NCBI RefSeq assembly: GCF_001194135.2
Contig: NC_068998.1
Span: 47,028,463 to 47,092,462 of the forward strand
Direction: 5' to 3'
From: Octopus bimaculoides
Lineage: Eukaryota
DNA: 64,000 nt
Made by a program: the position numbers and the translations under genes
Shown: positions 48,501 to 62,183 of the stretch, in pieces
How the letters are laid out: each line of letters opens with the position of its first letter
Numbering within the stretch: position 1 is the first letter of the stretch
Notes under the pieces: model-generated
Told to the model about the DNA's origin: nothing
The model's input: the letters and a program-made list of their open reading frames with translations, nothing else
Databases searched by the model: none

Positions 48501-49384
48501 TTTTTATTATTCTTATTATTATTACACACACATATGTATATCGGCCGAGCATGAATCTTTCATGAAGATGTTTACTCTCCAAACCATATGATTTTGGATT
48601 CAGTTCCTCTGCAAGGCACCTTGGTAATTGTCTTCAACTATAGCCCTGGACTGACCATAGCCAGTCATATGTGCATTTGTGTGTAGGTTGATGTGTTGCC
48701 CCGTAGGTGCCAATCTTGGTGAAACTCTACAGTTTTCACAGAGATATAAAACTTTCGGAAAAGTAAGAAACAAATGGAAAACGAAAGTAACTTTAAAAGA
48801 AATTGTAGAAATTCATTAACTGAATTAACAATAATTAGTTAATTAATTAATCAATTAATAAGAAAGGTAAGTCAGAAAATATTCACAAATATATATATCT
48901 GAATTAAAAATGCAATGCAACTGTTTGATATAGCAGGGAGAAATATCATGTAATGGTGGTAACCTGTCCTATATTATATTAAATGGTTGCTTGACTTATT
49001 AGAAACCTCATTCAACAAACCTATAATAAAACAGTGTGCCAACCATGACCATCACAACAAATTATTTAATAGGTCCTTCCTTTTTCATTTAAGACAGTAA
49101 TATCTGATATTGTTTCTACTACACGTCGCAGGCCAAGCAACAGCATAGGGGATCCACTAAATGGAAGTTGTTGACAGAAGGGACACAGAAAAGGGAGACT
49201 GGAATTGCAGTAGAGGAAGAGCTATGTTGCAGTTAAGCTGGGTTTGCCAAGCCAGAGACTCAATTTCCGGGTGAGGGCCACATCTGCACAAACCATGAAT
49301 GTTTCAGTTTCATTGCTTTAATCCAGCACCCTTAACTCTCATCCCTAGCCTCATTGAAAAAGGGACAATAAATACATAATAATA

Positions 49385-49833
49385 ATCCTTTCTACTAAAG
49401 GCACAAAGCCAGAAATTTTGGGGGAGGGGACTAGTCGATTACACTGACCCCAGTGTTTAGTAGGTACTTATTTTATCGACCCCCGAAAGGATGAAAGTTG
49501 CCCTCAGTGGAATTTGAACTCACAATGTAAAGACGGGAGAAATGCCACTGAGCATTTTGCCCGGCGTACTAACGATTCTGCCAGCTTACTGCCTTTATAT
49601 AATAATAATAATAATAATGATGATAATAATAATAATAACAATACTGATATCAAATTTGGGCACAAGGCTGGTAATTTTGGGTAAGGGGGTAAGTTGATTA
49701 CATCAACCCAGCACTTAACTGGTACGTATTTTATTGACCCCCCCCCCCCACACCAAAAGGATGAATGACAAAGCTGACCTTGGTGGAATTTGAACTCAGA
49801 TCATAAAGAGAGAGGAAAGACCACTAAGCATTG
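49385..49833 (-). mobile_element. Two head-to-tail SINE B copies
   Basis: 49385-49595 and about 49646-49833, with an (AAT)n spacer; runs into a gap. Confidence 0.8.
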
Positions 49834-50753
49834 CTGCTGTAATGATAATAATAATAATAATNNNNNNNNNNNNNNNNNNNNNNNNNNNNNNNNNNNNNNN
49901 NNNNNNNNNNNNNNNNNNNNNNNNNNNNNNNNNNNNNNNNNNNNNNNNNNNNNNNNNNNNNNNNNNNNNNNNNNNNNNNNNNNNNNNNNNNNNNNNNNNN
50001 NNNNNNNNNNNNNNNNNNNNNNNNNNNNNNNNNNNNNNNNNNNNNNNNNNNNNNNNNNNNNNNNNNNNNNNNNNNNNNNNNNNNNNNNNNNNNNNNNNNN
50101 NNNNNNNNNNNNNNNNNNNNNNNNNNNNNNNNNNNNNNNNNNNNNNNNNNNNNNNNNNNNNNNNNNNNNNNNNNNNNNNNNNNNNNNNNNNNNNNNNNNN
50201 NNNNNNNNNNNNNNNNNNNNNNNNNNNNNNNNNNNNNNNNNNNNNNNNNNNNNNNNNNNNNNNNNNNNNNNNNNNNNNNNNNNNNNNNNNNNNNNNNNNN
50301 NNNNNNNNNNNNNNNNNNNNNNNNNNNNNNNNNNNNNNNNNNNNNNNNNNNNNNNNNNNNNNNNNNNNNNNNNNNNNNNNNNNNNNNNNNNNNNNNNNNN
50401 NNNNNNNNNNNNNNNNNNNNNNNNNNNNNNNNNNNNNNNNNNNNNNNNNNNNNNNNNNNNNNNNNNNNNNNNNNNNNNNNNNNNNNNNNNNNNNNNNNNN
50501 NNNNNNNNNNNNNNNNNNNNNNNNNNNNNNNNNNNNNNNNNNNNNNNNNNNNNNNNNNNNNNNNNNNNNNNNNNNNNNNNNNNNNNNNNNNGTTCTGCTC
50601 TAATGACAATGATAACAATAAATAGTATAAAGCCTGATAATAAATTACGGTGATGTTGTGGCATTCATCTTCATCTGCGTGTGTAGAAAAGTGAGAGTGG
50701 GTGGGGGGAGATAGATTTACCTTTCTTACAACAGGCAAAACTAAAATACTTAC

Positions 50754-50804
50754 TTCATGATATTTCTATATAAATCTCTTACATTTTCAGAAATTATTGT
50801 GTAT
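50754..50804 (-). CDS. Candidate myosin V exon, 51 nt, phase 2->2: YTIISENVRDLYRNIM(K)
   Basis: Acceptor tatttatttacacag, consensus donor GAA|gtaagt, symmetric and phase-compatible with the phase-2 acceptor at 46784; homology not convincing. Confidence 0.4.
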
Positions 50805-51244
50805 CTGTGTAAATAAATATTAGAGGTACAACAAGGAGGGAACAATTTACATGTGTGCGTGTGTGTGTGTATAAATACATACCTGCATTAATATATAATA
50901 TACATACATACATACATACATTCATATATATTATATTGATGCCAGACAGCACCGAGATATGTGGTCTGCTTTGGCATGGCTTCTACGGCTGGATGCCCTT
51001 GCTTATAACAACACACACACGTGCAGGCATGCTCACACACACACATGCGCATACATGTATGCTTGTGTGTGTGTGTGTCTTTGGGCTTGTCCCATACCCA
51101 ATGCTTCACAACTGGTGTTGCTTCAGTAAACGAAACCGGTAGACTAAGTACCGAGGCCAAGAGATATGTACTTGGTTCAATTTGTGCAATTGGTGCTCCA
51201 GCATGGCCACAGGCCAATGACTGAAACATGTAAAAGATAAAAAT

Positions 51245-51322
<78 letters not shown>

Positions 51323-52931
51323 CAACACACACACATGCATGCATGCACATACCTATGTGCTGGTGTGTTTGTGTGTATGTCTGTGCATAAATATTCCAGA
51401 TGACAAAGCTAATAGTTCAATATTATACACATTATTATATGCACAATCCAAATAGACATTTTAACATTAAACATACACAGACACACACACATGTAAGAAA
51501 AGAACATGATGGAAAAATGAAACTCAGAGTAGCAACAGAATGAAACATTGACTTGGAAAAAAAAAAAAGAAAATGAATATACATCATCATCACCACTATC
51601 ACCAATATCATCATCATTGTCATCATCATCATTTCAGATCTAGTCTTCCAAGCTCACAAGTGATGGGTGGGTTTTCTCTAACAAAATATCACATACACAC
51701 AGTCATACATGTGTATATATTCAGAAGGAATGTCTTTGTGATATGTATATACATGTTTACAAATGTAAATTTAATATATGAGCATGTTCTTAAGATGATA
51801 ATGATGATGATGAACATTATATATATATATATATATATATATGTGGGTGTGTGTGCATATTATGTATATATGTGTACGTTATGTATATATGTACATGTTA
51901 TGTGTGTCTGTGCATGTGAATGTGTATGCTATGTGTGTGTCTATGTGCATGTTAGATGTGTGCATTTTGGGTGTGTGTGTGTGTGTGAGCATGTTGTGTG
52001 TACGTGTGTGGGTATGTGTGAGCATGTTAGATGTATATAGGTATATATGTGTGTCTGCATTTTGTATCAGTGTGGCGGGTGCATGTTATGTGTGTGTATG
52101 TGAGAATATTATCTGTGTCAGCATTTTGCATAAGTATGTGTGTGTATGCATGTGCGTGCGTGTGTGTGTGTGTGTCTGTGTGTGTGTGTGTGTGCACTCA
52201 CACACGCGTGCCTGTAGATACAGTTCAGTTCAGTCACCAAGCCTTTTACTCTCTCGTACAACGATTCAGTGTGAAAAGAGACAGGACGAGATGCAACACT
52301 CACAACAACGATAATGACAATGATTGACAATGATGGTGGTGATGATGATGATGATGATGCTATAGAGGGGGGCGGTGGGGGGGTGCTGCTGCTGCTTATG
52401 GAAATGACGACGACTACGATGATGATGATGATGATGATGATGATAAGAGTGAGGACTAAGAGTATGAGGTTGGTGGCGATGATGAGGATGGAGGCGGCAT
52501 GATGATGGGTGGTGGAAGGAGGAAAACAAACGAAGGTAACGGTTACAATGAAGATAGAAAAGGTAATGGTGATGCTGATGATGGTGATGATGATGATGGC
52601 AGTAAAGATTTTGCCAAATATACAAATGCTTGATTAAAACAATGATGGTGATGGAATAAAAACAGATAAACAAATAAAACAAATAGATAAAATATATGTG
52701 GGAGAGGAAGCAACATTCGGTAACCGTTTCAGAAAGAGAAAAAAAAAAAAAGAAGATAAACGGAGCGAAATTAGAAATCAAATGTTTAAAATAATAAATA
52801 ATAATAATAATAATAATGGGTTCTTATATTGGCCACAAGAGCCTGAGATGTTGGCAACTGTACATCAACATCAAAAAACACACAAAGGGGTGGGGGGGGT
52901 TTACATAGGTAAAAATGGGCAAACAACAACA

Positions 52932-52977
<46 letters not shown>

Positions 52978-53393
52978 TGATGATGATGAGAGGAAATGGA
53001 CAACAACAACATCAACGACATCAACAGTAAAGGAATACAAGACTACTCACGTATATGAATAGGGGTGTATATTTATATATATATATATATATGTAAATAT
53101 ATGATTGTGTATATATATAAATATATATAGAAAGAGAGTGTGTATGTGTGTGTTGTGGAATGAGTGGGTTAATAAGAGGTTTTAGTAAATCTAGGGTCGA
53201 GGTAGCGGTTGCCCATTTTGCACACAAAAGAATTGGTTTGTGTCAGACGGAGAGACTGAAGAAGACTGAAGAAGAGTCTGGTAAAAGGCAAGGGAATGAG
53301 AAAGAGAGTGAGAGAGAGGGAGAGAAAGGAGAGGGTGAAGACCACTTGGTAGAGTAGAATTCCCAATACTTACATGTTCATGTAACGATTAGT

Positions 53394-53425
<32 letters not shown>

Positions 53426-53790
53426 CTGCAGCAGCAGCGACAGCAGCAGCTAGTTAATTCTCCGCTGTTGCTGTCACACCTCCACAGTCAGTCCACAACA
53501 TGTGTGTGTGTATATGTGTATACATACATACATGCATACAAACACACACACACACACATATATATATATATTATATATGTATGTGCGTTTGTGTGTGCAT
53601 ATATGTGTGTGTTTATATATATATATGTGTGTGTGTATATGTATACATATATATACATTAATGTGTATATATACATATATGTGTGTGTGAGTATATATAC
53701 ACACACATACACGTATATATGTATATACATGTGTGTGTGCATACACATATACACACACATATATGTATGAATGTGTGTGTGTGTGTGTAC

Positions 53791-53835
<45 letters not shown>

Positions 53836-54466
53836 TACACACACATTCATACATATATGTGTATACATACACATGTATATACATATATATGTGTATGTGT
53901 GTGTATATATATTGCCTCCGCTACATGTGTTTTGCGGCAAGAAAGACAGATGCGCATAAAGGAAGGTAGGGAGAAAAAAAAAGGCATAGAAGTGGTAGGG
54001 GTAAGGAGAAAATGGGGATGGGGGATTGTCTGTGATAATGCAAAAAAAAAACAAAAACAGGTAGAAAACAAAAAAATTGAGACCTTTGAAATCGCAACCA
54101 CACACACACAAAACGAAAATTTTACAAAAAAAAAAAAAGAAAAAAATTGAAAAACCCCCAGAAAACAAAAGGAAACAATGCATGAATGTGTATGTGACAT
54201 GTATAAGAATTGAACCTATGATGATCAGGATGATATCACATACATACAAATATATCTATCTATCTCTATATATGTATATATATANNNNNNNNNNNNNNNN
54301 NNNNNNNNNNNNNNNNNNNNNNNNNNTATACACACATACACAAACACGGATAAATATTTTGTTCATCTTGAATTCACTTGTTTGGTGGTTGAGGAAGAAG
54401 TGGAAAAAAACAGCGGGGGTGCAGTGTGGGGGTGTTACTGCCATGGTGGTGGTAGTTGTGGTGGTC

Positions 54467-54525
<59 letters not shown>

Positions 54526-56504
54526 GGTGGTGGTTTTAGTAACTGATGATGGTGGAAGTGGTGATGGCTGTGGTTGTGGAGGTAGTTGTAGTTATGATGC
54601 CTAGTGGTGTTTATGGTGAGGGTGGTGGTGATGCTGATGACGGTAGTGGTTGTGGTGGTGGAGATGGGGCTGGTAGTGGTAGTAGCAGTGGTGTTGATGG
54701 CAGGGTACTGGTTGTGGTAGTGTGGTCCTTGTGATGGCAATGTTAATGGTCATAGTGCTGATGATGATTGTGGTGTTNNNNNNNNNNGGTGTTGATGGCA
54801 GGGTACTGGTTGTGGTAGTGTGGTCCTTGTGATGGCAATGTTAATGGTCATAGTGCTGATGATGATTGTGGTGTTGTTGTTGTTGTTGGTGGTGGTGGTT
54901 ATCCAGCATCAACATCCTCCCTCCCTACTCCAAGGCCTCCAGTTTATACTCAAGCGAAATAACGGTTGAGAGCTGGAATTGAACCCATGACATGAAGAGA
55001 ATCCCATCTTGTACAAAATATTTGTCAGTGTGTGTCACATCTTTATTCTACATTGCCCCCCACCACCACTAAAAACACCAACCGAACATCCTCAAATCAC
55101 ACTTTTGTTATCTTAACAAAGATCTACAAAATACAGGCTGGTCAAAGCTGTAAGATCTTTGACCATCCTGTACTTTCTGGCACACAAGCCAATGTAGGGT
55201 GTAGCGCAAACCACACCATCACCATCTTTCCAAGTCCTGCTGCATTTCACATGGAATTTTCAGCCTTACAAAGTCATCTTGGTGCATAAGTCAACCTAAG
55301 TTGTTTTGTCTGGCTTGTATGCTGGAAAATACGGTAAGTCTGCAGAATCAAGGCAGATGTGGGGCTAAGCAACAACGCCTTATGATGATGAGGAGGATGA
55401 CAATAATGGCGAAAACGGTGATGTTGATGATAATTATGCATCGATGCCTTACACATTGGTAAACTGTAACTCCCAACATATCCCATTTATTTTCGTTCAC
55501 TTCCATTGGTTCTCTCTCATCTTCCTTCCCACTTCATTGCTCTATTGGAATTCTTTATCATCCTTTGGCCAAAACCAATTTAATCATCAACCAACCCAAA
55601 CAGCATCGCTCTCTGAAAATGATTTTGTCCATAAGACAACATCAATAGCAATAACCAACCAATTCTGTCTGTCTGTCTCTCTCTTCCTCCACCTCTACAG
55701 CAGAGACATGATTCATCATCATCATCATCGTCGTCGTCATAGTCATCATTGGTTAACATCTGACTAGGCTTGTGTGTGTGTGTGTATGTGTGTGTGGTGT
55801 TCGTGTCTTGTCCTGGTGTTTCATATCAGTTTTGGAATGGTTTCTATGGCTGGATGCTGTTCCTAACGCTAACAACTTGAAGAAGCAATTTTATTTTATT
55901 TTTTTTTTTAGTTTTTCACTCAACTAATAAAAGACCCCCTAACCCTCACTCCATGCCTGCTCTTCCTTCACCTTCTATCACTCTGTCAACTAGAACACTT
56001 TGAAGTAAGAAACAATACAAACGGTCTTATTAAACAGTAACTGGAATGGAATTACTGTCTCAACAAAACACCATTAGCATTGTCAACACAATCATCATCA
56101 TCACCACCACTACTACCATTTCCTTCATAGTTCCACAGAGGGAGGCCAGTCTTTGAGATGCAGTTCTTGTTATGTTAAGGATGTGTGGGCACCAGGAAAG
56201 ACACACACTGATGGTGAGGGCTAGAACTTGAAGAGGCTTTGAGGGAGGGGGCTATTTGTGCAGCTGCAGATGTTTGTTGTATGCATAAAGAGAATCGAGT
56301 GAGTGGTTGGTACCACGTTTGTTGGAGAGAGAGACAGAGAGAGAGAGGGAGGTAACTGGTACTACTACATATGTTGTAGAGGGATAAAAGGGGAGAGAAA
56401 GAGGTAGGTAGTTGGTACTACAAGTCTGCTACAGAGAGATGGAGGTAGTTGGTACCCAGCTCTGTTGCAGAGAGAGAGAGAGAAAGAGAGAGGTGGTAGG
56501 TCTT

Positions 56505-56623
56505 GCTTACGGCCATATCACGTTGAGAGCACCGGTTCTCGTCCAATCCCCGAAGTTAAGCAACGTCAAGCCTAGTTAGTACTTAGATGGGTGACCGCTT
56601 GGGAAACCTAGGTGCTGTAAGCG
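56505..56623 (+). rRNA. Single full-length 5S rRNA copy followed by A8 (probable retrocopy/pseudogene or 5S-headed chimera)
   Basis: GCTTACGGCCATATCACGTTGAGAGCACCGGTTCTCGTCCAATCCCCGAAGTTAAGCAACGTCAAGCCTAGTTAGTACTTAGATGGGTGACCGCTTGGGAAACCTAGGTGCTGTAAGCG. Helix I (GCTTAC/GTAAGC) and the GCCTAG/CTAGGT helix pair; internal promoter boxes recognisable; no T4 terminator after it. Confidence 0.93.
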
Positions 56624-56632
56624 TAAAAAAAA

Positions 56633-56970
56633 GTGATGGTGCATGGCTCAGTTGTTAGAGCGTCAAACTAACGACTGTGAGGTTGTGAGTTCGAATCCTG
56701 GACCGGGCTGTGAGTTGTGTTCTTGAGCAAGACACTTTATTTCACATTGCTCCAGTTAACTCAGCTGTAGAAATGAGTGTTGACGTCACTGATGCCAAGC
56801 TGTATCGGCCCCTTTGCCTTTCCCTGGGATAACATTGGTGGTGTGAAGAGGGGAGGCCGGTATGCATGGGCAACTACTGGTCTTCCATAAACAACCTTGC
56901 CCGGACTTGTGCCCGGCAGGGTAACTTTCTAGGTGCAATCCCATGGTCAGTCATGACCGAAAGGGGTCTC
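56633..56970 (+). mobile_element. tRNA-derived SINE (family G) with CORE-like central segment, directly abutting the 5S poly(A)
   Basis: A box TGGCTCAGTTGTTAG, B box GAGTTCGAATCC, CORE-like ttgagcaagacactttatttcac...cagctgtagaaatg; ends at a (TA)n microsatellite. Confidence 0.75.
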
Positions 56971-57132
56971 CATATATATAATGTGTATATATATATATAA
57001 TGTGTGTATATATATANNNNNNNNNNNNNNNNNNNNNNNNNNNNNNNNNNNNNNNNNNNNNNNNNNNNNNNNNNNNNNNNNNNNNNNNNNNNNNNNNNNN
57101 NNNNNNNNNNNNNNNNNNNNNNNNNNNNNNNN

Positions 57133-57164
<32 letters not shown>

Positions 57165-57215
57165 CATGTGTATATATATATATATATATATATATGTGTA
57201 TGTAAATATATGTAT

Positions 57216-57246
<31 letters not shown>

Positions 57247-57307
57247 GATATATAGATAGATAGATAGATAGGTAGGTAGACAAACAGACAGACATATATT
57301 TGACAGG

Positions 57308-57468
57308 CTTTCACATAGATTCAGTCTATCATATTCACTCACAAGGCACTGGTCGGCCCACACAGGACAGTAGCAGAAGATACTTGCCCAGGGTACTGTG
57401 CAGTGGGACTGAACCTGAAACCACAGGGTTCCAAAGCAAGCTTCTTAACCACATAGCCGCGCCTGCAC
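57308..57468 (-). mobile_element. SINE C (5' module), diverged
   Basis: CACTCACAAGGC...CTTGCCCAGGG...GTGGGACTGAACC on the plus strand. Confidence 0.7.
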
Positions 57469-57639
57469 CTACACAGCTGTGTTTTCTTTATAAAAACTAA
57501 TTAAAATTTCCCGACCTGCCCCAACCACTAGCATACTACAACCACTACTACAATCACTAGTATCACTTACCCCACAACCACCCACACCCAACTGCACCCC
57601 TTCCATCCCTCTCTTCCTTTCATCTTATTATTTTCATAG

Positions 57640-58400
57640 TTCCGGTGGCGGTGGTGGTGGTAGTGGTGAAATTTGTGTGGGTAGTAGTGGTAGGAATGAT
57701 GATGGTTGTGGTGATAGTGTTGGTGGTTGTAGTGCTGGTAGTACAGGTTACAGTTGTTGTAGTGGTTGTAGTAATGGTGGTGGTGGTGGTAGTCATAATG
57801 TGAGTAGCTGTGATGGTAGATGTGGGTAGTGGTGGTAATAGTAGCAGTGAAGTGCATAGTATTGTAGCAGTAGTAGTAGTAGTAATGATGTAAGGAGTGG
57901 TGGTGGTAGTAGTAGTGTTAGCAGTAGTTATAGTAGTAGCGGTAGTTGTAGTAGTAGTGGGAATAAGTGAGTTGTGGTGTTGGTGATAGTGGTGTTAGCT
58001 GCAGTAGTGATGATGTGGGTTGTGGTGTTAGTTGTAGTGGGGTTGGTGTTAATGGTAGTGGTTGAGGTGGTAGTAGCAGTAGTTAGCAGTGGTGAGTACC
58101 GGCGTTGGTGGTAGCAGTTATAAGTGAGTGGGTAGTGGTGTTGGTGGTAGTGTGGTAGTGGTGATGATAATGGTTGTATCATTAAGCAGTTGTGGTGCTA
58201 GTATCTAGCAGTGTCAGTGGTGTAGGAGGTAGTGATGATGGTGCTGGTGGTGGTGGTGGTATATGCCGCAGTGCAACCACTGTGTGTCCTGTGGAGGCAG
58301 CAGCAGCTGATTGAAGATGTCCTCTTAATATAAGGTTTTACTACAACAACAACTACTACCACCACCACCACCGCTACTATTATTACTACTACTACTACTA
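57640..58400. repeat. Degenerate (GTG/GTA/GTT)n trinucleotide low-complexity block; similar block at about 54425-54900
   Basis: Direct inspection. Confidence 0.9.
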
Positions 58401-58564
58401 CTACTACAATACAAAGGGGGTAGGCCAATGGCAAGGGTGTGTGCGTGTGTGTGTGTGTGTGTGCATTGCAGTGTTATTGTTATTGAGAAGGCCATCATAG
58501 CTCATCCTCGTTGCTAGAAAACAAGAATACTTGTCTCTCATTCACACAAAGGAGAAAGAGAGAA

Positions 58565-58599
<35 letters not shown>

Positions 58600-58690
58600 T
58601 AGAGAGAGAGAGGGGTGGTATTCTGAGAGATCGTCATCATCAGCAGCATCATNNNNNNNNNNNNNNNNNNNNNNNNNNNNNNNGAGAGAA

Positions 58691-58725
<35 letters not shown>

Positions 58726-60511
58726 TAGAGAGAGAAAGAGAGATAGAGAGAGAGAGAGAGAGGGGTGGTATTCTGAGAGATCGTCATCATCAGCAGCATC
58801 ATCAACATCCTCATCATCACCACAAACAGACAAGAGGCATGGAAAGCCTGCAAGTATCTCTCTGTCTGTCTTTCTCTTACTCCTTGCTCCGTCGTCTCTC
58901 GCACACAGATATTGTTTCTTCATAACCATTATCATAATTGTTGATGAACTGGAATGCTACTTTCTCTTTCTCTCTCTCAGTCTCTCTCTCTCTCTCTCTC
59001 ACACACAAACACACAAGCGGAGAATGAGAGAAAGAAGGAGAAGAAAGTGACAATACCATTAGATGTGTTTGGTACTAAAAACTACCACATAACAATTAAT
59101 GAATGTTGCCTCTGCATACACACATACACACAAACACACATACACACAAATATACATACACACAAATACACATGTTCACTCCTTCTCACACACACAGTGC
59201 TTTATATTATATGTGCTAATGTACATTGTAATGTAGTATGTATGTGTATGTGTATAGAAACACACACACCACTACATATCGCTGTGTATTGTGTATGCTA
59301 CTGTATTTGTCATACATTATACACATCTCTGTAGATATATGCATGTGTGTGTATGTGTGTGTGTGTATGATAAAGATGATCATATTCACACAAATGCTTA
59401 TTGTTAGTACACCTCCACATAGTGCTGTATATATATATATATGTGTGGGTGCATATGTGTATATATACATACATAAACATGTAGACGTATAGACTGTTAT
59501 AGTGTTATATATACATGCTTACACACACCACTATAAACTGCTATATATATATATATATATATATNNNNNNNNNNNNNNNNNNNNNNNNNNNNNNNNNNNN
59601 NNNNNNNNNNNNNNNNNNNNNNNNNNNNNNNNNNNNNNNNNNNNNNNNNNNNNNNNNNNNNNNNNNNNNNNNNNNNNNNNNNNNNNNNNNNNNNNNNNNN
59701 NNNNNNNNNNNNNNNNNNNNNNNNNNNNNNNNNNNNNNNNNNNNNNNNNNNNNNNNNNNNNNNNNNNNNNNNNNNNNNNNNNNNNNNNNNNNNNNNNNNN
59801 NNNNNNNNNNNNNNNNNNNNNNNNNNNNNNNNNNNNNNNNNNNNNNNNNNNNNNNNNNNNNNNNNNNNNNNNNNNNNNNNNNNNNNNNNNNNNNNNNNNN
59901 NNNNNNNNNNNNNNNNNNNNNNNNNNNNNNNNNNNNNNNNNNNNNNNNNNNNNNNNNNNNNNNNNNNNNNNNNNNNNNNNNNNNNNNNNNNNNNNNNNNN
60001 NNNNNNNNNNNNNNNNNNNNNNNNNNNNNNNNNNNNNNNNNNNNNNNNNNNNNNNNNNNNNNNNNNNNNNNNNNNNNNNNNNNNNNNNNNNNNNNNNNNN
60101 NNNNNNNNNNNNNNNNNNNNNNNNNNNNNNNNNNNNNNNNNNNNNNNNNNNNNNNNNNNNNNNNNNNNNNNNNNNNNNNNNNNNNNNNNNNNNNNNNNNN
60201 NNNNNNNNNNNNNNNNNNNNNNNNNNNNNNNNNNNNNNNNNNNNNNNNNNNNNNNNNNNNNNNNNNNNNNNNNNNNNNNNNNNNNNNNNNNNNNNNNNNN
60301 NNNNNNNNNNNNNNNNNNNNNNNNNNNNNNNNNNNNNNNNNNNNNNNNNNNNNNNNNNNNNNNNNNNNNNNNNNNNNNNNNNNNNNNNNNNNNNNNNNNN
60401 NNNNNNNNNNNNNNNNNNNNNNNNNNNNNNNNNNNNNNNNNNNNNNNNNNNNNNNNNNNNNNNNNNNNNNNNNNNNNNNNNNNNNNNNNNNNNNNNNNNN
60501 NNNNNNNNNNN

Positions 60512-60686
60512 TATATATACGACGGGCTTCTTTTCAGTTTCCGTCTACCAAATCCACTCACAAGGCTTTGGTCGGCTCGAGGCTATAGTAGAAGACGCTT
60601 GCCCAAGATGCCATGCAGTGGGACTGAACCCGGAACCATGTGGTTGGTAAGCAAGCTACTTACCACACAGGCACTTCTACGCCTCT
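60512..60686 (-). mobile_element. SINE C (5' module) emerging from a gap
   Basis: Near-identical to 26512-26678. Confidence 0.8.
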
Positions 60687-61802
60687 ACGAAAAATTATCC
60701 TCATATTTTTTATTTTTGCAGTGCAACTCAACTGATGCTGAGCCAGTTCTCATGTAGAACACTCGTCAAAAGAAAGTTGCCCGTGCATGGTATATACCAC
60801 CAAAGCAATGTGAAATTAGGTGCTTGTTATTTTGTTTTTGCTCAAGAACACAATGCACTGTCCAACCTTGGAATTGAAACCTTAATCTTGCAATCGTCAG
60901 TGCAATACCCTATCCACAAGGCTACATCTGATATATGGCACACTGTGCAGCACTTGCACAAGTAATGTCAATTTAATGGAGAAAGAGAAAGAGAGAGACA
61001 GAGAGAGAGAGAAAGTAGTCTAATATACAACACAAATATTTGATCACTAAACAAGCCATCTGTGTAGATTGCTGAGCAACAAGCTGCAGAATCTTCATCT
61101 GTTATTTACAACAGGAAAGTTCCATTATATACCATCAACATCTCTAACAACATTTGCTTCACAGGTTTTCTGTCCATCATTCAATTCAATTTTGTGTTAC
61201 TGCATCTGTGGAGGGGTGGGTGGCCCTATCTTCACCAGAACTAATTCCACTACTGCTTCCTTTAGTATCCCTCCGACACACATATCTTCCGTTATCAATG
61301 CTCAACACACATCGTCCACACCCGTCTCGCAGTCATCTCTCTGACATTCATCAGCTGAAAGGTTTCTAATAGCCAAACCTCCACTCTCGCTCATTTGTGC
61401 TCCAGCTTTCATAGCATTTCTCATCACCTGCTGGTCTATGGAACACAGACGATCAATTTATGCATACATACATCACCATCATTTATCATCCCTTTTCAAT
61501 ACTGGCAAGTGTTGGACAGTTTGACAGAAGCTGGTAAGGCTTGGGGCTGCACCAGACTCCTTTGTCTGTTCCACAATGGTTTCTATGGTTGGATGCCCTT
61601 TCTAACACCAACCACTTTACAGAGTGTACTGGGTGCATTTTATGTGGCACTATCACCAGTGCTTCTTCATCGTAACCATCATCCTTATTTAAGCATCCAG
61701 CTTCCATTCAGGCATAGATTGGATGTTTCAACAGGATTTGACAAGTGTTGTGCTTCAGTATCTACTTTCACATGGTATTTTATATCTGGATACCGTTCAT
61801 AA

Positions 61803-62183
61803 TGTGGAGGCGCAATGGCCCAGTGGTTAGGGCAGCGGACTCGCAGTCATAGGATCGCGGTTTTGATTCCCAGACCGGGTGTTGTGAGTGTTTATTGAGC
61901 GAAAACACCTAAAGCTCCACGAGGCTCCGGCAGGGGATGGTGGCGAACCCTGCTCTACTCTTCCACCACAACTTTCTCTCACTCTTACTTCCTGTTTCTG
62001 TTGTGCCTGTAATTCAAAGGGTCAGCCTTGTCACACTGTGTCATGCTGAATCTCCCCCGAGAACTACGTTAAGGGTACACGTGTCTGTGGAATGCTCAGC
62101 CACTTGCATGTTAATTTCACGAGCAGGCTGTTCCGTTGATCAGATCAACTGGAACCCTCGACGTCGTAAGTGACGGAGTGCCA
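61803..62183 (+). mobile_element. tRNA-derived SINE family A, most complete copy
   Basis: TGTGGAGGCGCAATGGCCCAGTGGTTAGGGCAGCGGACTC head, body, and 3' end ...GGAACCCTCGACGTCGTAAGTGACGGAGTGCCA. Confidence 0.88.

Noticed and set aside
52266-58434. His-, Thr- and Val-rich ORFs (reflectin- or cuticle-like appearance)
   Set aside because: Translations of (GAT/GTG/GTA)n low-complexity DNA with no splice or motif support.
61803-61875. tRNA gene calls for SINE heads (also 56633, 31555, 26610-26678)
   Set aside because: A/B boxes are present, but each continues into a SINE body and none folds into a complete cloverleaf.
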